A stretch of 64,000 nucleotides of DNA from a virus (IMGVR_UViG_3300028805_000051:43394-107393), one strand, 5' to 3'; positions 12,701 to 28,331 are shown, numbered from the stretch's first letter. Notes: generated by a model from the sequence alone, not told the origin. A program made the numbers and translations.

Positions 12701-15700
12701 TTCAAAAATATCATTACAAATACTCTAAATAGTTCCATTGTCATCAACTTTAGCATACTGTATTTCTTTTCCAGTTGGAAATGGTAAATTCTCAGATGCT
12801 TCTAATAATTCTTTAGAAGATAAATCCATAAATGGAGACCATTTAATAAATTCCCCGTTTTTAAATTTAAATCCTAATAAAGAAACTTTATCAATATCAA
12901 AGTCAGAACCTTGTAAATATATTTGATATCTGCTTACATAAGCTGTATTTAAACCACTTTCATCAAAACCTACAATTTTCATTGACATAAATGATTGCAT
13001 ACATTGAGCAGGAATACGAGCAGCAAGAATTTCCAAAGATTTCAAGAAAGATGTATGTATTTCTTTAGAAGACTTTAATTGATTTTCTAACCATTTATCT
13101 TTAGATTTTAAATCCTCTAAAGAAACTCTTTTTTGTTCTGGAGTAAGATCATTATTTTTTAAAATCTTTTGTATATTTTTTATTTTTGCTTTTTCATAAC
13201 TTCTATATTCAGAAATAAATTTTGAAAAAGCTTCAATACCTTCTTCTGAGTGTATTATTTTATTAATAAATCCATTTTCAACTTGTCTTTCTTCTCCATC
13301 TATTGTATAAGTTAGATTATCATCTAAAGTTCCACTTTCTATAAAACTATCAAACTTCTTAACAAAAAATTTAGCAGGTTTTGAATCAGATTTATCGAAT
13401 AAGTCTATTATATCAGCTAATTTTTCGTGGGATTTAATTCTAGATGAAATATTTACTCTTACATGTTTAATAGCGTTAAGATAAAAATCTACATTTTTAG
13501 TCTTTATTAAACGTACTTTACCATTAGAATAAATTTCATCTTCTTCAGAACTTAGTTGTTCTACTGGGTTATTTTTATAATCTAAATACCAAAGTTTTCC
13601 AGTTTCATCTTTTACTGGAGTAAATGATAGTTTTCTAAATCCTTTAGGAACATCATCAGTAATTAAATATTTATTATTACCATCAATTGTAATTAATTCT
13701 ACATCAAATTGACTATCAAGTAAATGAACTTTTTCTTCTAAACTTCTTTCTAAGAAAAATAAATCATTTTCTGAAATATCTTTAACATCATCATTAGTTC
13801 TTAAACCAAACTAAGATTGATATAATTTGGACATAATAATTTCATAAGGTTTAACCTTAATAGATGATTTGTCTAACTATATCTATTTTAATCTTATTTC
13901 ACCTTTTTTATGTTGAATTAATTCATTATTAAAATTATAATGCTCCCCATCATTTTCCCAAACTCCATCTTCTACAACTACAGTATTTTGATCATAATAA
14001 TTACTTAATGAGAATAATGCATTCTATAATACTTCTCTAATTTCATCTTTATTAGCACCTCTCCAAGCCTATTTTACAACAGCTAAATCCCAAACATTAT
14101 ATGAATTCCCATTAATATCTTTAAATTTAACATTATATCCAGCAAGATCTCTTCCTCTAGAAACTACTTCTTCTATAGGAGATCCAGTTTGTTCAATATA
14201 TTGTCTTAATAGATAATAATCTTTAGGAGTATTAACTTTAAATACATCACCTTCATAATATCCAGGAACATAATAAGTGGTTCCTAATTCAATATCAGCT
14301 AAATCAATTACTGGTTTATTAGGAAGATCATTAATATCCTAACCTTCATAATAAGATAGTAATCTTCCATCATATAATTTAAATATTCCATTTGAAGGAG
14401 ATAATACATCCATTGTTCCTGGAAATTTCAATTTAATACAGGATTTTACCAAAGTTGCTGATATTTTTGACATCATTTGTCTTAATAATACTGAATTGTC
14501 TATAGGTAATGTCTGTTTTATAGTTTCATAATCCAAAACTCCTTTATTATCCTATATTGCTTGTAAAGCTTGTTGTACTAATAAATCAGCTAAAGTTTCT
14601 GGATTTGCAGATGTTTTACCTGGTTTTAAAGTTTTGAAAATAACTAAAGTTATAAAGTTTTCTATTTTACTTTTAGCTCTATCAATATTTCCAACTTTTG
14701 AATAATCAATAGAATCAATAAAATCTTTTAAAGTTATTTGAGTTAATGAACGTAATGCTTGATAAGCACGATTAGCCTATTCAGCAGTATATCCTCTTAA
14801 ACCAAGAGCATTTAATACCTATGTCATCATAGATAATACTGATTCATCAGATTCATGCTCTGCATTTAACTGTGGACCAGCATCATATAAGTTTTCATCA
14901 GTATAAGCTAATTCAGTACTTAAATCATATAAAAATGATTTTTGATTTTGATTAGTAGATCCAGATTTAGTTGCTTCATGTGTTGGGAAATAATGTATCA
15001 TAGCTTTTTTCAAATACTAATTTACATTTTTCTAACTAGTAGGTTTACTTGTTAAAGCTTTTCCAACACTATTTACAACATATGTAGCATATTTAAATGA
15101 ACTTTCATCATATTCGTTACCTTTTATTTCCTATTTACCAGAAATTTGATCTTCAGATAAATTCATAGAATAGGCACCTCCAAAAAATAACCAAATATCA
15201 TGCACATCCTTTAATAAAACTTTTTGTTTTATACCATTAGCTAAAAATTCAGTAAATCCAGTTTCTGGATTAAATACAACATTTGTAACTGTAACTATAT
15301 CACCATTATAAACCTGATGATTATCTAGTGGTTGATCATTTTCATCATAAACTTGTAAATAATTTATATGAGCATCTGTGTTTCCTAGCCATACTCTCTT
15401 AAATGAGAACATATCAAAGTTTAAAGATCCTCCTAAATAATTTTTAGTAATATCTAAACCCTGATTTTTTCCTTGATAAAATGGAATTAGTTCAGATACT
15501 TTTCCTCTTAACCCTCTATAATTTAAATATCTGTAAAACTTAGAATCACGTATTCTCATATTAGTTACTGGGAAAGAAGCACATTTTACAAATTTATTTA
15601 TACCAGTCTATGGGTTCTAACTCCAAATAATGTCTTTTTTATCAACACCAACAGCACTACCTTTCAATGATAAATTTTCAAGATAGTTAGTAATACCGTT

Positions 15701-18700
15701 AGCATACATAGCTCCATCATCATCTAATGGATTTGCCTCCTATCCAAATATTGTTGCAACACTATCTCTAGTATTTTGTATAGTGGCCATTTTTACATCA
15801 GAGGGCAATCCATCTAATTCATTTAATTGGAATTGATGTTTAGCTCCTGATTCAATCACATTACGTTTAGTTTGCTATGCATATGCTTGTGCAGCGTATG
15901 CTCTTATGTTTTTATGATTTTTTCCTGGATGTTGAGCATATGAACCTACCGATGTATTCATATATTCTTGTCCAAATAAATATCCTAAAGTATTGAATTT
16001 TTCAATTAAAGGATGAATTTGAATTGAAACTTTATGGTCTATTTCAGGATGTTTTTTAATATTATTGAAATGTTTTTCAAATTTCTCAATTAAATTCTTT
16101 TTTCTTGTAGAATGTATTCTAGAGTCTGCTTCTACATTTACTTTTTTAGTATTTAAAATTTCTTCAGCTGTTTTTTGATTCTTACGCTCTGCATCTAATA
16201 ATTGATAATGAGCATTTAATACAGTTACAAGCTGATTAAATGAAAATTCTGGTGACGTTAACCATTGTTCGACTGTTGCATACTGTTCAAAATCTTCAGG
16301 AAATAAATAATATTTAGCATTTTCAAATGCATAATTAACTACTCCTATTTTTCTTAATGATTCTAAATCAGTAATTCCAAATGAATAATCTTTTTCAGCT
16401 AATTCATCTGTTTCATCTGATTCACTACCATTATCAGAATGCTTTGTAAAATCAGTATAATTTAATTTAGCTAATACTATTTTTCCACCTCTAGCCCAAG
16501 TATGATTTTCAAAGTTTACTAACTTTTCTAAAACACCTGGAACAGTTTTTGAAAATTGATTTGTAGTTGTTATATAACCACCATCTTGTATAAAATCCCT
16601 TACCCATTGTTCATTTTTCTTTTTAAAAAATTCTTCAGAATTTTTATAAGATGTATTAGCTAAAGTTTCATTAGGTACATGACTTCTAAACCAAGATTCA
16701 TCTTTTACACCCCATTTAAATAATTCCTAAGATATAATATAATTTACTCTAAAATGCAATTTATCATCAGAAATAAATGAATAACTTGTAGCAATTGCTG
16801 CTGGTTCACCTTTTTCTTGCTATGTTATTTCTAAAGTATGTAATAGATTTGTAACAGCATCAGAAGCTCTTGTTCTTAAATGTTTATTTATTTGTTTTTC
16901 TATAGCCTTATAATGATCACTGTTTTTATCAAGTATTGCTACTTCAACTTCAGTTTTTATATCATTATAATTTGCACCAGAATTCTTAACTAATTTTATA
17001 ATATAATCATTTTTTATTGACTAATATATTGGATTAGTATATTGAACAGATCCATCTAAACTAAAGATAGATTTAAGTTTATCTTCAATAAAAAGATCTA
17101 TAGCTTTATTAATACCATTAAAATTGGATTCTAATCCAAATAAATCAATAGATTTAGCAATATTTAAGAACCAAATAACATCTTCTCTATTTTTATAATT
17201 TCCTATTTTAACATCGCCTTTAGATACTTGATTTAATTTTAGCCATTCCTTTTCAATAGCATTAAAAGATTTTTTATAAAAACTTCCAAGTTCTTCTTTA
17301 GCTATTTGTTTAATTTCATCAAGAGATAAATCTTTAATTTTCTTTCCATTTTTTAAAGCATGTAAATTAATTAAAAGTTTTAATACTCTTGGTTTATCTG
17401 AAATCACACAAGGCAAAACTCTCATCATAGCATTTTCATCATCACTTAGATAAGCATTACAAAAATCATATACAAAATCAAAAGCACCACTTTCTGCTGG
17501 AGTAAATTCAGTAACTTTTTTATTATCACCATTAGTAGCTTTTAAATCTCTAGCAATTTCATATCCAGAATATGCTTCATGTAACATTTCTAAATCATGC
17601 CCTAGATAATCTTCACCCAATTGTTCTCCTCTATATATCTAGGCACAAGTTTTATCCATTAATTGTGAAGTGGACATAGTATTAATTGTGTTACCATCAG
17701 CCCCTTTTGCTGAAGCTTCACGCATTATTCCATTTAAAATATCTAAAGTATTACAAATAGACTCCACTGATTTTTTCATTACATTAGTTGGAAAAGACTA
17801 AACTTCTTTAGAGTCTTTTTGCATTCTTATATCTTTCTGTTTATTATGTTGATAATATTTTAATGCAGTATTTTTTGCGGAAACTAAAGTTTCAGCTTTA
17901 ATGGATTCACAAGAAACAGAATAATTATAAAGTACAATTGCAGCAGTTTCTAATAATTCTGATTGTGTTATTGATAGAGATGGAAGAAATGTTTTTTCAA
18001 AATTTGAAACATTTAAATTTAAAATATCTTTTATAAATTCACACAAATTAGAATTTTTAGTTAAATCAATATTATTTATAGATCTAAATGTTTTTCCACC
18101 ATCTTTAGATAAAGTAACTGTTAATGATGGAGTAACTTTTAATATAGTTTTTCCATCATTAAATTTTATAGATATGAAACTTTTATCAAGTTCAGTAGAT
18201 AATGTTGTTCTGTCTAATGTAAATCCATTAAATTTTTTAATACCTTTATTAAAATTTTCTTCATCATAATATTGATCTACAATTGCAGAAAAATTACCAT
18301 TAATCTAATCTTGATAATATAAGGTATGACTTCCTAAACTTGCTTTACCTAAAGTTTTTATTTCAAAATTTCCTTCAACATTCTATTCATATTGAGTCAT
18401 TGGTATATGACTCTAATTATTAAAATAATGTGTTATATATTGATAAAAGGATTTAGGCTATGTTTTATAATGTTCAATATTTCTTGATTCCCAAGCTTGT
18501 CTAATTTTAGCACTTGGATCAAAAGTTTGTTTATAAATAGAATAAACTAAATCATTATGTGCTGCTTTAAAATTTTTTATATTTATGTTTAAATCATATT
18601 TTTTATCAGCAGCTAATAATTTAAAAATAAGCGGAATTACAAATGTTCCATCAGAATAAGTTTCCTATAATAAATCATACATCGATTTAACAACTGTATC

Positions 18701-19867
18701 AGTTGTTCCGTCTTCATTTATGACAACTTTTAATAAATAATCATGTTCTTCCTATGTTAAATAATCATTATTTAACATTTTATTTATAGACACTTCATTA
18801 AAAGGAATTTTTGACTCTTTATCAAACTAATATTTCTTAATTAATCCCCACACATAAGTAACTTCTCTTACATTCAAGTTTCTAATAGGAGTATCATTTT
18901 TACTTCTATCTAATAAAAAACGTGAATTAAAAAATAATTTAACTATGTCAGAAGTTTCTTCAACAACATCATTCACTTCAGCCTCAGAACTCCAATTATT
19001 TTCTAAATTATAATTCAATCCACTAATTTGATATTTATAATAATTCTATATTAATTGACATGGATTAATTAAATGTTCAGGTCCAAATCTTAATGGATCT
19101 ATTTCAATTAAATTACTATAAAAACTTTTTATTAAATTATCAAAATTAATTAATATAAAATAACTTTGAAAAGCATCCAATAAATTTTTTTTCTTTGGAT
19201 CTTTTAAAGAATCTTCATACAAAGCATTAATAGCTTCTGAAGAAAAGTTTTCAAAATATTGTTTCACTCTAGCTATTTCAAAAGTACTTAGAAAAACACT
19301 TCTTTTTTCTAAATTTAATGGAATATTAGAATAAACATTTTTCCAAAGTTCTTCTAAATAGTGTGCAATATTTTTATTTAATTGTTTTTGTGTAACTACT
19401 TCTTCTCCAGTAGTAACATCGAATAGAACAGCATCTGCTAACATTTTATTAAAACGTTGTTTCATATCAGCTAATGCCATAGATGTATATCCATAGGTTT
19501 GATAAATAAATGTATCAGAACTATCAGCATAATCTGTCCCATCAATATTATCTTGTTTACTTTTATTAGAATCTGCCTATCTATCCTAAACATTGTTAGG
19601 ATTAATTAGACTATCTAGTACTTGTAAACTTTTATATTTTAATATCCAAGGGTACTTTAAAGATACCATTGGAGAACTTATAATTCTAGATAATATATTT
19701 TTAAATTCATCAACACATGCACTATTAGGTTCATCTTCATATATGCTATTGAATTGTGCATTTATAATATCTAAAAATTTTTCTTCTGTAAGATTCTACT
19801 TGAACTCACTACGAAGGGAAGAAGTTACAGTCTTCTTCCCTTCTGGAGTTAAAATACTACAATTCAT
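9761..19867 (-). CDS. Virion-packaged RNA polymerase (crAss/phi14:2 gp66-like, ~3368 aa, TAG=Gln)
   Basis: Eleven track ORFs from 10775 to 19046 share one frame; catalytic GSDFDIDK and RIPAQCMQSFM motifs at ~12880-13030; starts MNCSIL and ends TDC-TAA. Confidence 0.9.
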
Positions 19868-19868
19868 A

Positions 19869-22800
19869 TTAAATTGAACAATAAGGATTTTCTTGATTTT
19901 CTCCTATTAAATATTCTAAATACTATTTAAATTCTGAATCACTTATAGCATCTTTTAAATCATTTAGATCGGCTTCAACATTTCCATAAACATCTTTTAT
20001 TAATATACTATTAACAAAATTTTTAATAGTACTATTATTAATAAGATTATCTATTTTATCTGGAGTCGTATTTAATATATTTGCTAAAATATCTTTTATA
20101 GTTTCTCCCTAATATCTAGAGTTTAAAATATTTCTTAATTTAATTAAATTTATTTGTGAAATACCTGCCCCAGTAGATCCTTTTTTAGGCGGAAATTTTA
20201 TTTCAAATGTATTAGGATTAATCTCTATATCATAATTAGATAAATCAGTTATACCAGAATTACCCATAGCATCTCTAATTTCATCTTCATCAACAATATA
20301 ATTTACATCACCTACTTTAATTTGTTTATAACTTAAATTAGGTAATTGAGAAGAAACATCAGTAGTTGGATCTAATTTTTTCTCTTTTATATATTTTGAA
20401 AATTTAATATTATTATCTTTTTCATAAACATCAATAGTATTAACTTTCTACTAAGGATTTATAATAGGAAGTAAATTTCCAGCTTGTCTTCCTTCATATA
20501 AACTACTATCTAATAAAGAACTTTTACCACTTGTTCTAGCTAGTTCTTTTTGTTGTTCATAAACACTAGCTTCTTTTCTAGTTGGAGAAAAATCCTTAGT
20601 TATAAACGCACTTGTACATAATGTTCCTCTTATTTTTATATCATCAGTATTAAGCTTTGCTTTAATTATACGATTACTTTGAGTTCCAATTATATCTTCT
20701 GATTCTCCTTCGTGAGAATAAGCAATTCTAGTATAAAATCCATGTTTAAAGCCACCATCTTTTAATAATTGTTCCATTTTCTAAACATTAGGTAAGTTTG
20801 GATCTGGATTTTCGTATTCTATAGCAAAATTATTAATAGTTCCTAATGATAATAATCTAGTTAATTTATCAAAAACGTTAATATATCTAGTTTTACCCTA
20901 TTTAATATTTAATAATCCAACTGATGCCTATAAACTATCAAATGCATATTCTCCTAGTTTTACTACTAATTCATTATCTACACCTGTATTAGTAACAGTT
21001 ATATTAGAAAGTTGTTGAACTAATTGTTCCAATTCATTAAATATAGCATCACTATTTACGTTATCAAATATTTTTAATCTATTCTTTATAAATTGCTTTC
21101 CTTCATCAGATTTAAATAATTGTTCAATTATTCTAAATGAAGTAGTCGTAGTTCCTAAAGATTTATCATAAATTTCAGAAACTTCTTTATTATAAATACT
21201 ATCAATATGTTTTATATATTCTGCAAATGATTTTGCAGGTGGTTCTATATAAACAATGGATAAATCAGTTCTATTCTATCCATTAATAAGTGCATCCCAT
21301 AATGCTTCATCAGAAGTTTGTTCTGCAAATTCAAATAAATTATCAGTAACAATAATAAATGGATGTCCCGCTTTTATAGTAACAGTTCTGTTTTTCTATT
21401 GAATTGTAATATCATTTGGAGCAATATAAGCATTATTAGATATTCTAAATAAACCACTCTTTAATAATGTACTATGAGAAACAGTTTCTCCAGTATATTC
21501 TACAAAATCATCAACATTAATAATTGTTCCAGATTCCGACAATCTTAAAGTAAGTCCAGAATTTTCCCAATCTCTTCCAGGAATTAAAGGTTTTCCTTCA
21601 GAATTATTAAGAAATTTAATCTAACCACCCATTGGTAAATTATGAGTGGCAATAAACATATTAATTTGTCTTAATAATTTTTTAGCCTAAGGATGATTTT
21701 TTAAAGAACCTGTAGTTAATTCAGTTTTTAATTCTCCTAATAATTGCATGTATAAACCATCAGTATTAGGTGCTAATTTAATTAATTCTTCTCTACGGTT
21801 AGTTATCCAATCAGCAATTTGTTCAAATCCATTAGAAAATGCTAGTGTTAATGGGTTTGTATCAGTAGCTACTGGAGTTTCAAATAATTCATTACCACTC
21901 TAATCAATTAACATCATTGATATTGTAGCATCATTCATTTGTTGATGCATTTCAGTATCATTAATCCAACGTGGAACTGTTTCAGATTTTGGTTTATAGT
22001 AACGTCCTTTAACAAAATTTCCTAAGAATTTTCTTGATGGACTGTTTCCTTTATAATTTGGATTAGTCTCCCAAACTTCAGGTCTTTGACTTACTTTATA
22101 AAAGAATCTAACACTTACATTATTAGGAAATTTAAATCCATGTTTAAGATTTAAACTTATAGCATTTTCTATAATAGAAATAATTTCCTATTCAGATGTA
22201 GCTAAACGAGATGCAGATCTTATTATTCTAAGAGTTTGTTTTAATTTTTCTGCAGTTTGTGATCTAATTGGTTTAGTTATATCTAATCCTATTATTTTTG
22301 CTAAACCAATTGCATTATCTAAACGTACATCAGCCCATTCTCCAAAATGAACACCATCTTGAGATAATCCATATTCATCAACATTATAAGAATGATGCAT
22401 CATTTGTGTATCTGAACCATTATTATCTATTAATACATCTGGATTTAAATTTACAGAGTTTAAATCTTCTACCTATTGAGATGAATCACTTTTAGTTACC
22501 TACTACCAATTTGATAATTCTGATACTTTAATTATTTTTATATCATTATTATCATTAATATTCTTTACAGTTAATTCCTATTTATTAGAATCAAAACTAA
22601 TTATTTCATAATCATTATTACCATCTGTAATTAATGTACCTATTGGTAATGGGGAAGTTTGTACTGGAGTTGGGGGTGCTGGTTTTATAGGTTTTCTTCC
22701 TATAAATGGTAAATCATCTTGGTTTGGGTTACCATAAACTTTTTCATATAATTGTTGTTTATCAGAAATAAATTTAGATTTAACAGCATCAGTTATTGGA

Positions 22801-25800
22801 GAATCTTTTGACGAATTATCTAATACTGATTTTTCTATAAATTTCTTTATTCCTTCATACCCAATTATTAATGTACCTCTTTCAGCTCTAGTTAATCCTG
22901 TATATAAATCTTTTAAAAATTGCTTTTTGTTATTATCAGGATTTTTACCAAGATTAATTATATAATATGGATTTTCATCACCTTGCGCCGAAAAACCTTC
23001 TTTAAAATCAATTATATCTCTATATTTATCTTCCTAAGAAAGTTTTTTCATTACATCATGTACTAGATTAACAGTATCTGTATTATTTCCAGTATCATTT
23101 ATATCATATATATAACCAAGTTTTTTATTATTTCCTAACTAAATAGTTCTATCTAATAATGCTCTAACTTGATTTTCAAAATCTTGTTGCCAAGATACTT
23201 CGTCTCCTTTTAATGGAATATCTATAAGTTTATCACCTAGTAAACCATGTTCAGGTGTTTCAGAATATTTAAAAGTTACAAGGTGTGGAGTATCTGTTTG
23301 AAAACTTTTCTTCAGTTCTTCTTGAAACACCATATTATCAGAATCTTTAAACTTATTATCAGTTCTTAAAGATTCCCCTAATTTAGGTGCATGTATAAAA
23401 TTAGTATTATTAGCCTATCCATAATATGTTGGAATGAACATTTCACTTCCATCTGCTTTTTTAATTTTAGCATTGTCTAATTTATGATTAATACCAGACT
23501 AATCAAAATCTCCAAAAGTTAAATGAACACATCCAGCTTGTTCAGAAAATTGATCTACTAGTAGTAACGATGGAACAGACATATGACTAACCTCATCAGT
23601 TATAATTAATGTAGGTTTTTCTGTTGTGTTTAATCCATAATTATATGAAATTGGTTTACCATCTTCATAAATTAAATCAGTTGCATCAATTTGTAAATTT
23701 CCATCTGAATCAATAATTTCATTCCAAGTGTGTCCAGTCTATGGGTTTACTCCACTTATTTTCTTCATTAAAGAAGAATGTGAAAATACTTTATCAGTTT
23801 GAATTCCTAGTATATTTGCAAATTCTTTAGCTTTCTACTCTGATGTATGTACAAACCATACATTATCCAATAAGTGTGCAGTATTTGGATTAGCTTTAAT
23901 TAATTTAATTAAAGTTTTTGCAAGACCTTTACTTTTTCCCGATCCTGAAATACCTTCATTTAATATTGTATGTAAAAAATTAATTGACACATCACTATCA
24001 GATCCAAAGAAACTTTCTGGAATTGTTCTAATTTCAGTTTTTCCTTCAGCAAATTTACTTAAAGCAATATTCCAAGCTTTTCCAAAGTTTTTAAATACTT
24101 CATTATTAAGTAAAAATGCATAAGATACCATTGCAGCAATTTCTTGTCCTATAACTGGGATTAATTCTCCATCTTTTAAAGTACTTTGATAAAGTGTCAT
24201 ATATTTTGATGGATCCATTGCTGCGGTTGCTGCAAGTATCCACATAAATCCAGATTCAGAAATATTTTCAGCATTAATATTAAGTAAATCAGTATCAAGC
24301 TAATCAATACCAGATGTATCTGGATTTAAGAATTCAGCTAATTGAGTTGGATCTGCTAACATTGCAGAATTTTTACTAAAGAATGTATGTAAAGAATCAA
24401 ATAATTGTTTTATTTCATTTTGATAAGCTTCTTTTTCATTATCATTTAATGACCAATTATTTGAATTAGTTTGAAAATTACCTTGTAATCTTCTTAATAT
24501 TTTAAAATTATTTGGATCATTTAAAGTTTGTCTCAATTCCTATGCTGCCTAATCATCACCTGGAGGAAAATTAGGTAAATTAAATCTAGAAACAATTTTA
24601 TTAAATAATAAAGTATTACTTCTAACACTAGTTCTAGAAAATTGACTAATTCTATTATTTGAATTAATATCAACTAATGTTTTGTAATATTTTAATCTTG
24701 CCTCAATTTGTTCTAGTTCATTATATATAGTATCAGCAGTATTAGCTTCAATTTCTGCTAATTTTGCATTTGGATTTGTATTTGACTTTGAATCAAGTTT
24801 ATTAGTAACTTTGTTATATCCAAATAAATCAGTAGCACTTGCATTATCAGTTCTAGCTGCTTGTATACAAGCTTTAGCTAATTGAATCACTGATAATGCA
24901 TTTTTTATTTGATTCTCAGTATCTTCTCCATTATATCCTATTTCTTTTAACGTTCCTGATTCTCCAGATTTATAGAAATATTCATCTAAATCTTCGATTA
25001 ATTTAGATATACTTACAGATTCTACTTTAGTAGCAACACTAAATTTATCTAAAAATTCAGAAATAGGAGAATAGTTAACATTGTCTAATTCTCTAGATAA
25101 TTCAGAAATATAATTACTTACATTTAAATCATAAGAAGTAAAGGAATCAGGATCCATAGGATCTGGATAAAGTAACATATTCTACATAGCAGTTAAAGTA
25201 TGTTGTAAATCTTCTTTCACTGCAGCAGTAATATAATTACTATTTTTTATTTCTTGTAATAACTATTTACCGTTTTTTAAATCATTATTAAAAGTATCTA
25301 ATAAAACAGTAATAAACTAAGCATCTTTCTAATCTTCTGATAAACTTTGATCGTGTAATTTTCTATCAAGCTCGTCCCAAGATATAGATAATTTTCCTAC
25401 ACTTGACATAGCTCTCATAAAATGTATTAATGAAGCATATTTTGATTGATACCTAGCTTCATATGCTTTTATTGCTTCATCATCAGTAGGTAATTGCTAT
25501 GTTGATACTGTTTGTTTAAATGTATATTCTTTAAATTTACCAATTGCAGAATTTGGGTCAAAATATGTCTATGCAAATGTTTTTATAGTACCAGAAGCTT
25601 TTTCATTAACTTCTGTAAATATATCATATAATTTATCTAATAAAGCAGTACCTTCACCTTCTTGGTAAAATTTATTAAACTCTTCAGTACCTTGTTGTAT
25701 TTCAGCTTTGTTTAATTGGGATAAAGGTTTTCTATATTTATATTCTAAAAAAGTAGGTAATGTCAATCTAGCATTTTCGAAAGCTTCTCTTATTGGAACA

Positions 25801-28331
25801 CTAGTTTCAAATAATATTTTCTTTGTTAATTCTGTAGCCTTTATTCCATTTTTATAATCTTCTAGAGCTTTTTCTTCTTCTTTAATTTTTTGTTCTAAAG
25901 CAGCTCTTTCTTGAAGTCTTGTAGGGTCCTAACTCAGCTATTTTTTCTAAGAATCTGGTGCTTCAGCTATAGCTCTATCCATTCCAATTAAAGCAGCTCT
26001 ATCTTTTGCTAAATTTTCAATAAGTTCATTATAGTCTTTAATAAAACTTTTTGCAAATAAAGAATGTCCTATAGTAACAGCTCTAAATTCTTTTAATGGG
26101 TCATCAATACTAGAAATACTATTTAATAAACTCTAATTTGATATATTAGCTCCCTCAACATCTAAAATACCTTTTACTAAGTCAACGGCCTGATGCATTA
26201 CTTTTTTAGCATAATCATTTTGACTTATATTATTTTCATCAGCTGGTAAAAATATTGTCCCTTCACTATTTTTTGGTTTTACTTCTCCATAACGAGTGTA
26301 CTCTAAATTAGCAGGAACAGTGGATAATCTAGTAGATGCCCATAAAGTTTTATCAACAGTTTTTAAAAATTCGTCCGATTTACCTTCTTTAACAATTTGA
26401 ACTAATTGTTCAAATGCTTTTTCTTTATCCATATTAGCAATTGCAGAAGCTTCTCTAAAATCTTGAGTAGCTTGTCCTAATCCACCACCAATAACACCTC
26501 CTACAAAAGATAATGCATATCTATTGAATAAATCTTTTGTATTACCATCATTAAAGGTAGTTAAATGTGTATCACTTCCAGCTAATTCATATCCAAAATT
26601 ATATAATGTTTTTGTAAGATCATATAATAATTCTTCAGAAGTTTCCTCAACACCTTCTCCTAAAGCATTAGCAATCATTGCTTTTCCAGTAAGTGCCAAT
26701 ACTCCTTTTTTATTTATTTTATCACTGTAATCTTGTAAAGCTTTTGATTTTCCAATATGAAGAATTCTTTTTGCCCAATTAGCCATTTTACCAGCATCTT
26801 GAGTTCTAGTTATTGCTGATTCATCCAATCCTTCATTTACTAAGTTTTTAGCTATTTGTTTCCATCTATTAGATTCAGCACGTAATTCAGGTAAAATCCA
26901 TTTTCCCAAATCTGAATTAATAATAAGAAATTCCCCAGCAGCATAACCTAGTGTTAGTAAAGCAGCTTCAAGTTTTGATGCTCCTTCTTCTAATGCTTCA
27001 CTATATGAATCTTTAACAGTAATTCCAGTCATATATCCAATAGATAATGCTTTACCAATTTTTTGATAATCATTCATATATTTTGCAACCTATTGTGTTG
27101 CATATAATTGATTCAATGCTGGCATTTCTGCTGTTATAGCTGCTAAATCAATACCTTTACCAGATTCTATTAAACTTTTTAATTCTTTTGAAGTTTTTGT
27201 ACTAGCTTCTTTAAGTTTTTCTGCAAACAATTTTTCCTGATTTTCAATACTCATTCCTGCACTACCTTTAAATAATGCTGGAGGATATTTAAACATCCAT
27301 CTTTGTTCTGCTAATTGTGTAAATACGTCAGCAGACATATTAATTATATTCTCTAAGGCCCAAGGATGTTCTCTACTATAATCTGAAGATGAATATCCTA
27401 GAGACTCAATATATGCATTTACATTATTAGATAAATTATTGTCTGCAAGCATACGTATTCCTGTTGCCATTAAATCAGTTAGATTCATAGCAACACGTGC
27501 ACCTATATACCAAGGTGAAATAGCTGGAATAAAAGCTGGTACTATTTTTAATGCACTTCTGGTTATAGAACCCAATATATTTTGTTCTTTATCATCGGAA
27601 TCAAATGGATCGAATTTATTAAATACAGACCCATCAGTAGTTATAGTATCCCATTTTGAAAGAACTTCTCTACCATAAGCACTTCTATTACCTAAAGTTT
27701 CATAATAATAAGTTCCTTCACTATTTAATTTTTTATCACCTTTCTTATGTTTTACTACTTTTCCAGTTACTGGATCCTCATGTGTTCCATCCTCATCCCA
27801 TTGAGCTAAAACTAAAGTTCTTCCAAAATTTTTAAACAATCCAGCTTCATTTGGAGAATCAACCCATTGATTAGTTTTAAAATCCCATACTTTTTGAGTC
27901 TAAGCTATTTCTCTTAATGATAATGGATTTTCTACAATAGAATCAACTGATGCTCCAAATCCTTTAAATGTTTTTAATGGATTTGGAGTTCTGTACATTT
28001 GTATATCATATCCTCTTCTTCTCTGACTTTCAGGAGCATAGATATCATTTCTATAAAATGAAGCATGCTACCCTATCTAATCACCTACTTCATTATTAGC
28101 CATTTGATTATAATTTACTAAAGCTAAATTATATATATTATCAAATTTTGTTTCATCAAAAGCACCATTAGTCTGGAAAAGAGGATTATTTTTTACATAA
28201 TCTAAATTTTTATAAGTATCTTTAGATTCAATAGATGTATTGTCAGCATTTAAACCAACTTTACTAAAATCAAAAGCATTGAATTGTAAATTTTCTATTT
28301 GGTTTAAAAATAAATCATTTTCCTTAGCCAT
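19869..28331 (-). CDS. Giant virion cargo protein (~2820 aa, TAG=Gln) containing an SF1 helicase-like domain
   Basis: Track ORFs 20451 to 28077 share one frame; motifs GISGSGKS, IITDEVS, GDFDQ(TAG), SAQGDE and YTGLTRA at 22870-23960; hydrophobic Gly/Ala-rich segments at 26400-27600. Confidence 0.85.
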
